Positions 1 to 5,589 of a DNA stretch of 10,134 nt are shown in pieces. Position numbers and translations under genes: made by a program. Under the pieces are notes generated by a model. It made no database searches. It was not told the origin of the DNA and saw only the letters and a list, made by a program, of their open reading frames with translations. The stretch is from an uncultured archaeon. GTDB taxonomy: Archaea; Iainarchaeota; Iainarchaeia; Iainarchaeales; CSSED10-239. The stretch lies in NCBI GenBank assembly GCA_964463155.1, contig CAYXAY010000026.1:1-10134 (forward strand). Reading direction: 5' to 3'. Each line of letters starts with the position of its first letter. Position 1 is the first letter of the stretch.

Positions 1-181
1 GTTTCTTGTGTATGAATTTTGATATTATATTTTTGAGATACAACATTAAAAATGTTACTATTTCACTTATAAAAACACTACGGAATGTATTATACCTGTA
101 TTTTGAAACAAAAACAAAGTGAAACGAATTTCGGCGTTCATCCGATTGGTTTTTATTCTGATAGCTACACAAGTTATTCAT
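1..181 (-). CDS. tnpA: IS200/IS605-family (Y1/HUH) transposase TnpA-like protein; only the N-terminal 60 codons are present because the ORF runs off the left edge
   Basis: This ORF is absent from the supplied track because the window edge truncates it. The reverse strand reads AGGAGG (196..191), 9 nt, then ATG (181..179). It continues MNNLCSYQNKNQSDERRNSFHFVFVSKYRYNTFRSVFISEIVTFLMLYLKNIISKFIHKK with no stop down to position 1. The FHFVFVSKYRxxxF block resembles the conserved N-terminal strand/KYR motif of IS200/IS605 TnpA (IS608: YHIVWCPKYRRKVL, from memory). The HUH motif and catalytic Tyr would lie outside the window and cannot be confirmed. Confidence 0.5.
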   Translation of the reverse strand, partial: MNNLCSYQNKNQSDERRNSFHFVFVSKYRYNTFRSVFISEIVTFLMLYLKNIISKFIHKK

Positions 182-205
182 ATTGAATTTCCTCCTATAT
201 TTTAT

Positions 206-226
206 AGCCGCGAAGCGGCTTTTTTT
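206..226 (+). other. GC-rich hairpin AGCCGC-GAA-GCGGCT followed by a T-run; candidate IS200/IS605 left-end subterminal hairpin or intrinsic-terminator-like insulator upstream of the tnpA-like start
   Basis: A perfect 6-bp stem (206..211 with 215..220) carries a 3-nt loop and is followed by T6 at 221..226. It is a conspicuous GC island in AT-rich spacer, 25 nt upstream of the tnpA-like ATG on the other strand. Confidence 0.35.
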
Positions 227-253
227 ATAGGAGTAATAGTAGAAATAGTTTAA

Positions 254-446
254 AAATATTTATTCGGCATTCATCAGCACATAAATGTGCAGTATACTGC
301 CGAGGATTTAATTAAAAGAAAAGAAACTTGTTGTTCAAGAAAATCCAAATGATGGACTTTACAAATTTTATAAAATAAGTCCACTTGGTAAAAAAGTACT
401 AAGTGATGTTAAAAAAGTCAAAGAAGAAATTAAATATAAGAAGTAA
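254..446 (+). pseudogene. Possible frameshifted remnant of a small winged-helix (wHTH) DNA-binding protein gene
   Basis: The frame at 312..446 is open and reads LKEKKLVVQENPNDGLYKFYKISPLGKKVLSDVKKVKEEIKYKK*. It has no ATG, GTG or TTG start. Its TAA (444..446) abuts the tgt stop codon (447..449). Frame 254..~319 reads KYLFGIHQHINVQYTAEDLIKRKE and could join it through a 1-nt shift in the A-rich run near 311..325. The joined text resembles a recognition helix plus wing (LV..E...G...Y.I(T/S)..G..L). This rests on pattern recognition only. Confidence 0.2.
265..302. other. Imperfect nested palindrome/hairpin (outer CGGCA/TGCCG, inner GCACAT-AA-ATGTGC)
   Basis: CGGCA at 265..269 pairs with TGCCG at 298..302. 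The inner arms GCACAT (277..282) and ATGTGC (285..290) are perfectly complementary. The two stems are separated by 7-nt largely unpaired segments. It could be an IS200/IS605-type subterminal imperfect palindrome or a protein-binding site. Confidence 0.3.
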
Positions 447-1550
447 TTATTTATTCTTCAAATAGTTTTTTAAAAAATCCTTTTGAAACTTCTCAAAGGT
501 TCCTTCTTCTATTGTGTTTCTAGAGTCTTCCATTAAACGATGAATAAATCTAACATTGTGCTCAGACAACAGAATCTTTACTGTTGGCTCATCAAGCCTG
601 TAAAGGTGATGAAGATAAGCTATTGTGTGATGCTTACAAGCATAACAATCACATTCTTTTTCTATTGGCTTGAACAGGTGCGCATTATAACTTTTCCCAA
701 TCTTTAAAATTCCATTTCTTGTAAAAATCATGCCGTGTCTTGCCATCTTTGTTGGATAGATAGAATCAAAGCAATCTACTCCTTTACCAATTGAAATTAT
801 CATGTCTTCAGGAGAACCAACACCCATGAGATATTTTATCTTGTAGTTATCAAGATACTCTAAAGAAAAATCAATTGCTTTATACATCTTTTCCTTTTCT
901 TCGCCTATGGCTAGCCCCCCAATGGCTAGCCCATCAAAATCCATGTCGTTGATTGCTAAAGCACATTCTTTTCTTAAATCTTTGTAGGTTCCACCTTGAA
1001 CTATACCAAACACTTTTTGCTTTTTGTTCTTGTGCTCATCAAGACATCTTTTTGCCCAAGCAATTGTTCTTGTTGTGGCAACTTGAAATTCTTTCTTTGT
1101 ATGATCTGGGCCAAGGACATGGTCAAGGACCATGGCAATGTCTGAGCCAATAATATTTTGGTTTTCCATAAGATTCTCAGGAGAAATGAAATGAATGTCT
1201 CCTGAAAATGGACATCTAAACCTTACTCCCTTGTCATTAAGAGAAATTAGAAACTGAGGGTCAAGAAGTTGAAAGCCCCCAGAGTCTGTAAATATTGGTT
1301 TTTTCCAGTTTATGAAATTATGATAACCATTAGCCTTCTTGATGGTATCAAGGCCTGGTTTTAAATAAAGAAGATAAGCATTTGAAATAAAACATTGAGT
1401 CTTAACATTTTCAAGAACATCAAAAGTAAGAAATTTACCTGCGCCTTTAGTGACAACGGGCATGTAAAAAGGCGTTTTAATCTTGCCATGACTTGTCTTT
1501 AATTCGCCACATCTTGCACCTTGAGATTTATCAGTAATTTTAAATGTCAT
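447..1550 (-). CDS. tgt: tRNA-guanine transglycosylase, bacterial/eukaryotic (queuine/preQ1) type, catalytic TIM-barrel only
   Basis: The 367-aa ORF starts with ATG. It is collinear with bacterial Tgt over its full length. Matching blocks are TPFYMPVVTKG, FTDSGGFQ, AMVLDHV, GIVQGGTY, FDGLAIGGLAIGEEK, YLMGVGSPEDM and GVDCFDSIYPTKMARHG. The zinc motif is CDCYACKHHTIAYLHHL. Confidence 0.9.
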   Translation of the reverse strand: MTFKITDKSQGARCGELKTSHGKIKTPFYMPVVTKGAGKFLTFDVLENVKTQCFISNAYLLYLKPGLDTIKKANGYHNFINWKKPIFTDSGGFQLLDPQFLISLNDKGVRFRCPFSGDIHFISPENLMENQNIIGSDIAMVLDHVLGPDHTKKEFQVATTRTIAWAKRCLDEHKNKKQKVFGIVQGGTYKDLRKECALAINDMDFDGLAIGGLAIGEEKEKMYKAIDFSLEYLDNYKIKYLMGVGSPEDMIISIGKGVDCFDSIYPTKMARHGMIFTRNGILKIGKSYNAHLFKPIEKECDCYACKHHTIAYLHHLYRLDEPTVKILLSEHNVRFIHRLMEDSRNTIEEGTFEKFQKDFLKNYLKNK

Positions 1551-1583
1551 AAATATTCAATATTGCCCAAGAAATAATGCGTT

Positions 1584-2420
1584 TTAGAAAAGAACATATC
1601 CAAACAATAGAACGCAAGCAACCCCAAGAAGAATATATATCCCAAATCTTGGAAGATAGTCAAAGATTGGAATCGCTGATATCTTTAGTTTCTTTATCCT
1701 GTCTATGTCTTCTTTTTCAAGAACTGTTCTTTTACCAAGTTCTAGCTTTGCCTTTAATTCTTTTGTTGCAAATTCACTAGCAAATACATCTCCTTCTTCA
1801 AGTTTTGCTGTTGGTTTCTTTCTTAAATAAATATATTTCTTTATTTCGTCTTCAAAAATCATAATAAAACTTCCAAAAAACATTGGGGGTATTGTAATGT
1901 ATATTATCTGTGGCATATTGCCAACAACTACTGCAACAACAACGAAAGCAGCAAATATCAAGAACAGACCAAGTGATTTTGCTATTAGCCATCTTTTGCT
2001 TTTCCAAAATTTATTTGTTAGTTTTATTTTGTCATATAGTCTTATTATATAACTAATTGAGACAAATAACACCGATAATAAAGATGAAGCAATAATCGCC
2101 CAAATTATAAATAATTGACCGTAGAAGAAAGGAAGCATCATATGTATTCCAATAAATAACTTGATATCTCCCCCACCAATCTTTCCATAATAATATGCAA
2201 TGTAACCAAACACATAAATGATTAAAGCAATCACGCAGATTTCTAAAACATCCACAAAGTAGTAAGTAAAGACATTAATAATTAGACCTAAACCAATCAA
2301 TGGAAGACTTATCCAATCATAGATATAACCTGTCTTTTGATCATAATAAGCTGCAAGACCTACCGCAATCAATATCAACAAAATCCTTATGACAAAAATT
2401 GTATCAAAGCCAAATAACAT
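1584..2420 (-). CDS. A24-family aspartic membrane peptidase (archaeal prepilin/preflagellin peptidase, PibD/FlaK/EppA-like)
   Basis: The 278-aa polytopic membrane protein has its first catalytic Asp in LAAYYD27QKTGYI. The second lies in the GxGD motif KIGGGDIKLF. A ~60-aa charged soluble insertion precedes the last TM helix. The ATG lies 10 nt after the srp54 stop, so co-transcription is likely. Confidence 0.8.
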   Translation of the reverse strand: MLFGFDTIFVIRILLILIAVGLAAYYDQKTGYIYDWISLPLIGLGLIINVFTYYFVDVLEICVIALIIYVFGYIAYYYGKIGGGDIKLFIGIHMMLPFFYGQLFIIWAIIASSLLSVLFVSISYIIRLYDKIKLTNKFWKSKRWLIAKSLGLFLIFAAFVVVAVVVGNMPQIIYITIPPMFFGSFIMIFEDEIKKYIYLRKKPTAKLEEGDVFASEFATKELKAKLELGKRTVLEKEDIDRIKKLKISAIPIFDYLPRFGIYILLGVACVLLFGYVLF

Positions 2421-2430
2421 TTTATCACAT

Positions 2431-3858
2431 CTACTTTAATCTTAACTTTTTTTTCTTCATTCCTTTCATGTTTGCTAACTGGTTCATGTTTATCTTTGAC
2501 AGATCAATGTTTTCAGGATTGATTTTTCCATCCTTTTCTTGTAATTGCTTTGTCATACCTTCCATCTTTTTTGCATCCATGCCTTTAAACATCTTTTTCA
2601 TTTTCTTAACATGCGAACAAAGTTCTTTAATATCTTCAATTTTTGTTCCTGACCCTTTTGCGATTCTGTCCATTCTTGACCTTGTTAAGAAATCGGGGCC
2701 GTTTGCTAATTCTTCTTTAGTTAATGAATTAAGAATTGCTCTGTACTTTGCCATCTTCTTTTCGCCAAGCTCTTTTTGCTCGTTTGATATTTTGTTTCCG
2801 ACACCTAAAAAACCTAAAACCTTTGTAAAAGGCCCAAGCTTTTTTGAAAACTCAAGTTGTTGTTTAAAAAGTTTAAATGTTATGTTTCCTTTAAGGATAT
2901 CTTCAGGATTAATATCCTTTATCTTTTCCATTTCTTCTTCCGTAGTTGCTTCAGTTATCTTTTCCATTAGGCTTTCAAGGTCTCCAAAGCCAAGAACTCT
3001 AGAAAGATATCTGTTTGCATCAAAGATTTCAAAATCATCTACTTTTTCTCCCGTGCCTATAAAGTAAACAGGAGACTTCGTGATATAACATGCAGTTAAT
3101 GCCCCCCCACCTTTTGCTGAACCATCCAGCTTGGTGATGATAACACCGTTAACTCCAATTGCATTATTAAAAGCAGTAGCTTGATCTTTAACTGCTTGAC
3201 CAATGTCTGCAGAGATTACCAATAAAGAAAATTTAGGATTAAAAACTTCATCAATCTCTTTAATCTCAGTTACTAATTCATCATCTAAAGCGCTTCTTCC
3301 TGCTGAATCAACAATAATTAAATTACATCCATTTTTCTTATGGACATCAATTCCTTCTCTTGTTACCTTTGCTGCTGAAGCCTCTTTTGGGTTGCCATAG
3401 AAAAAAACTCCTACCCTGTCACTTAGCTGTTTTAACTGTTCATAAGCAGCTGGTCTGAAAGTATCTGCACAGATAACACCAACCTTTAGTCCTCTCTTCT
3501 TATAGAACTTAGCAAGCTTTGCTGCTGTTGTTGTCTTTCCGGAACCAAAAAGTCCACACAATAGAATAATTTCTGGATTTTCTGGAAGAGGAGTTTTTAC
3601 TTCTCCACCCATATATTTAAGAAGAGTCTCATAACATAATCTAACGATATGTTCTTTTCTTGTTATCCCGCTTGGAATCTCATCAAAAGCTTTTTCTTCT
3701 ATTTCTTTTGAGATATTAAGAACTAGTTGTATATTTACATCTGAAGATATTAGCGCCCTTTGTATTTCCTTAATAACTTCTTTAATAAGCTCTTTATCGA
3801 CATGCATTGAGTTCTTGATTCTATCAAGTGCATCTCGTAGTTTCTCGCCTAGTCCCAT
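2431..3858 (-). CDS. srp54: Signal recognition particle 54-kDa protein (SRP54/Ffh)
   Basis: The NG domain carries GLFGSGKTTTAAKLA, DTFRPAAYEQL, DSAGR and TKLDGSAKGGGALT. A Met-rich M domain follows (KKMKKMFKGMDAKKMEGM). The track ORF begins at a TTG (3864). The first ATG is at 3858 and gives MGLGEKLRDAL, the typical SRP54 N-terminus. Confidence 0.95.
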   Translation of the reverse strand: MGLGEKLRDALDRIKNSMHVDKELIKEVIKEIQRALISSDVNIQLVLNISKEIEEKAFDEIPSGITRKEHIVRLCYETLLKYMGGEVKTPLPENPEIILLCGLFGSGKTTTAAKLAKFYKKRGLKVGVICADTFRPAAYEQLKQLSDRVGVFFYGNPKEASAAKVTREGIDVHKKNGCNLIIVDSAGRSALDDELVTEIKEIDEVFNPKFSLLVISADIGQAVKDQATAFNNAIGVNGVIITKLDGSAKGGGALTACYITKSPVYFIGTGEKVDDFEIFDANRYLSRVLGFGDLESLMEKITEATTEEEMEKIKDINPEDILKGNITFKLFKQQLEFSKKLGPFTKVLGFLGVGNKISNEQKELGEKKMAKYRAILNSLTKEELANGPDFLTRSRMDRIAKGSGTKIEDIKELCSHVKKMKKMFKGMDAKKMEGMTKQLQEKDGKINPENIDLSKINMNQLANMKGMKKKKLRLK

Positions 3859-3925
3859 AATCAATCAAATATATATTTTAGTATATAATTAAAGAAACAA
3901 ATAGAATATAAATATTAAGGAAAAG

Positions 3926-3936
3926 AAAAAACAAAT
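3926..3936 (-). terminator. Oligo-T tract (minus strand ATTTGTTTTTT) at the stop of the 81-aa ORF; left copy of an 11-nt direct repeat
   Basis: The plus strand reads AAAAAACAAAT at 3926..3936. Archaeal termination commonly uses oligo-T runs. An identical 11-mer occurs at 5571..5581. Confidence 0.3.
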
Positions 3937-4181
3937 TATTTAATAAAAATTGTTTTAATTTTCCCGTTAGAATTTTTAAATGATACATTTAATTTCCCGC
4001 AGTCTATCCTTTTAGAATTTGGGTCAATTGGCTTTGATTGGTCTGTGGCAATCTTTTCTTCTTCAGTAATGTTACTGCTTGAACTAAAGCTTGAACTAAA
4101 ACTGGTATTAATAATTGGAGACACCACCCCTAACACTAAAATAAAAAACACTATGCTTAATATTAATGTTTTTGAATTCAT
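3936..4181 (-). CDS. Small hypothetical secreted or membrane-anchored protein (81 aa)
   Basis: ATG at 4181 is preceded by GAGGT-N5 and a TTTATATAA TATA-like box. The N-terminus MNSKTLILSIVFFILVLGVVSP is a hydrophobic signal or anchor. A Ser-rich linker (SFSSSFSSSS) follows, then a ~45-aa charged C-terminal part with a single Cys. I recognise no family. Confidence 0.5.
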   Translation of the reverse strand: MNSKTLILSIVFFILVLGVVSPIINTSFSSSFSSSSNITEEEKIATDQSKPIDPNSKRIDCGKLNVSFKNSNGKIKTIFIK

Positions 4182-4247
4182 AGTTTACCTCTTATATAAA
4201 TATTTTTGTAGGCTAGAAATGCTTTTAAAGAAGTAGTTTAAAATAAA

Positions 4248-5333
4248 TCAATATTTATTTAAAATCACTTTTAAATGATTTATAAAATTTTCTGTGTCTA
4301 AAAAGTAATTCGGATATGCTTTTTTAAGATCTTGCACATTGTCTGCAGAAACTAAAACAACATCATACCCAATTTTATTGTATATTTTCTTTTCGGCATC
4401 AGAGTATGCGATTAATGCTTTTTCTTCTTCTAATTTAGTAAATGCAGACACCGTTAATTTGTCAATATTTGTGTCTAATTCTAAAAGATAAAAATACCTG
4501 TTCTTTTTTTGTTTAAAATTATCAAAATATTTAAGTGATTTCGTCCATTGAGTCATTTTTTGTACAACTTGTAATTCTTTTTCCTTTTCTTTAATTTGCA
4601 AATAAAGTTCTTTTTCATTTTGTGGTGTTTGAGAAACAATTGGAGAATTTTCCATTCTTGCAAATGCCGAACTTACTAATCTAAAGAAAATTTCCCAATT
4701 TTCTTCTCCTTGATTGGATTTTATTGCTTGTTTTGTAAAAAAATCAACGGTCTCTACTGCTGTTGCCCATAGATGTTGTAATTTAGATCTTATTTGTACT
4801 TCAACTAATAGATCATTATATTCTTTTTTTCCTTTATCACTATTATATCTATACACTAAATGTATGCTTCTATAACCATCTAATTTTGGGCTAGCAATAT
4901 AATCTTTTACATTTACTTTTTTGTGTTTAAGGTCTCCATTACGATAATATTTATCATATAATGTTCTTACTTGTTTTGTGTTGGACATTATTACTCTACA
5001 ACCTGCAATGTCTTGCATTTGCGTTAACTTCATCGTTGGTTTGTTATCGTAATATTCTCTGTTAAGTTTTTTTAGTATTGAAGAAATCCTTTTTAATCTT
5101 TGAGCAGACAACGCATTTTTATTAATTTTTTGAGAAACTCTTTTTAATCGATTATTAAATACTTGTAAGGGGTGGCTATGCATTGCTTTCCAATAATTTA
5201 CAATCCCTAATGCTGCATCTATTTCGACAGTTGAATGTTTATTATTATCTAATAAAATTATTGCAGCAGTATTTATCTTTGATTTTGAGAGTTCTTTAAT
5301 TTTTTGTTGTTCCATAATACTGTATAGAAGCAT
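4248..5333 (-). CDS. RelA/SpoT-homologue (RSH) synthetase-fold nucleotide pyrophosphokinase, small-alarmone-synthetase/toxSAS-like, with an uncharacterised C-terminal domain
   Basis: The 361-aa ORF carries the canonical synthetase motifs: R79-L-K81-R-I-S84-S-I-L-K88-K89, D108-IAGCR, DGY154-RSIH158, and E178-VQIRS-KLQH-LWA. Residues ~206..361 match no motif I recognise and have no Cys/His cluster. They end in KKAYPNYFLDTENF. No SD precedes the start. A TATA-like box directly abuts the first ATG, so the second ATG at 5315 (MEQQKIKEL) on a leaderless mRNA is a plausible true start. Confidence 0.85.
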   Translation of the reverse strand: MLLYSIMEQQKIKELSKSKINTAAIILLDNNKHSTVEIDAALGIVNYWKAMHSHPLQVFNNRLKRVSQKINKNALSAQRLKRISSILKKLNREYYDNKPTMKLTQMQDIAGCRVIMSNTKQVRTLYDKYYRNGDLKHKKVNVKDYIASPKLDGYRSIHLVYRYNSDKGKKEYNDLLVEVQIRSKLQHLWATAVETVDFFTKQAIKSNQGEENWEIFFRLVSSAFARMENSPIVSQTPQNEKELYLQIKEKEKELQVVQKMTQWTKSLKYFDNFKQKKNRYFYLLELDTNIDKLTVSAFTKLEEEKALIAYSDAEKKIYNKIGYDVVLVSADNVQDLKKAYPNYFLDTENFINHLKVILNKY

Positions 5334-5350
5334 AAATTTTTTAAATATAT
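5334..5350 (-). promoter_or_regulatory. TATA-like box (minus strand ATATATTTAAAAAATTT) immediately upstream of the RSH gene
   Basis: The A/T box centre lies roughly 26 nt upstream of the second in-frame ATG (5315). This fits an archaeal promoter driving a leaderless transcript. The background is AT-rich, so specificity is low. Confidence 0.25.
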
Positions 5351-5351
5351 C

Positions 5352-5395
5352 AATTTGCGCGGTTTCAAATTAATTTTTGTGTTTAATTGCGCGGT
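5352..5395. promoter_or_regulatory. Two TTGCGCGGT boxes 32 nt apart upstream of the RSH gene; candidate operator sites
   Basis: TTGCGCGGT occurs at 5355..5363 and 5387..5395. The first is embedded in the inverted repeat AATTTG(5352..5357)-CGCGGTTT-CAAATT(5366..5371). These are GC islands in a very AT-rich spacer, positioned just upstream of the TATA-like box. Confidence 0.3.
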
Positions 5396-5494
5396 AAAAA
5401 TATAGATTATTATTTGTCTGTAAATCCTTTGTTTATGAATATTCTACACAAATTAATCAACACAATCTACAAAAATACTAAAAAAAGATCTGAC

Positions 5495-5510
5495 ATTGCG
5501 CGTATACAAT
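5495..5510. promoter_or_regulatory. Third TTGCGCG box within the inverted repeat ATTG-CGCGTATA-CAAT
   Basis: ATTG (5495..5498), CGCG (5499..5502), TATA (5503..5506) and CAAT (5507..5510) give the same arm-CGCG-N4-arm architecture as the 5352..5371 site. Confidence 0.25.
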
Positions 5511-5570
5511 TAAAAGAAAATTTTATTTTTTTGGGAAAATTGTGCCAAAAAAATAAGAGAAAGAGAATTT

Positions 5571-5581
5571 AAAAAACAAAT
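5571..5581 (-). terminator. Oligo-T tract (minus strand ATTTGTTTTTT) 9 nt after the ftsY stop; right copy of the 11-nt direct repeat
   Basis: The plus strand reads AAAAAACAAAT at 5571..5581. A second minus-strand T7 lies at 5547..5553. Confidence 0.35.
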
Positions 5582-5589
5582 GGTTAAGT

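Noticed and set aside
130-275. 13-nt direct repeat TTCGGC(G/A)TTCATC at 130..142 and 263..275
   Set aside because: It is a 12/13 match with only two copies. One copy lies inside the tnpA-like coding sequence and the other inside the 265..302 palindrome. I cannot distinguish it from chance or give it a function without other element copies.
2399-3067. Plus-strand ORFs antisense to the minus-strand genes (953..1153, 1577..1780, 2399..3067, 3203..3400, 4045..4236, 6428..6655, 8055..8363, 8518..8757, 8627..8830, 8949..9245, 9702..9914)
   Set aside because: All are fully nested in, or largely antisense to, strongly supported minus-strand genes. Their F/L/S/C-rich low-complexity translations are the expected shadow of K/E-rich coding sequence. 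None has credible start signals.
3936-4181. The 81-aa protein as a type IV pilin/archaellin-like substrate of the nearby A24 peptidase
   Set aside because: Its N-terminus (MNSK-TLILSIVFF...) lacks the class III signal-peptide cleavage motif, a basic residue followed by Gly/Ala directly before the hydrophobic stretch. The peptidase gene is separated from it by srp54.
4248-5333. Reading the RSH gene as a housekeeping stringent-response (p)ppGpp synthetase
   Set aside because: It has no hydrolase domain, no TGS/ACT regulatory domains and no neighbouring SAH. It sits in a repeat-bracketed insertion in a lineage where the stringent response is not expected. Housekeeping function is not strictly excluded, so it is kept as the refutation condition of the main finding.
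5332-5395. Type III (ToxI-like) repetitive RNA antitoxin upstream of the RSH gene, suggested by the 32-nt spacing of the GC boxes
   Set aside because: When the two consecutive 32-nt units are aligned, only the 9-nt ACCGCGCAA box (minus strand) is shared and the remainder does not match. There are only two adjacent units, so this is not a tandem repeat array.
5387-5572. 61-aa plus-strand ORF in the ftsY-RSH spacer, considered as a divergently transcribed antitoxin or regulator of the RSH gene
   Set aside because: It starts at a TTG that lies inside the second TTGCGCGGT box and has no SD or TATA signal. Its N/K/I-rich composition is what translating AT-rich spacer produces. It also runs through the oligo-A/T tracts that serve as the ftsY terminator. 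A small basic protein cannot be excluded, but nothing in the sequence supports it.
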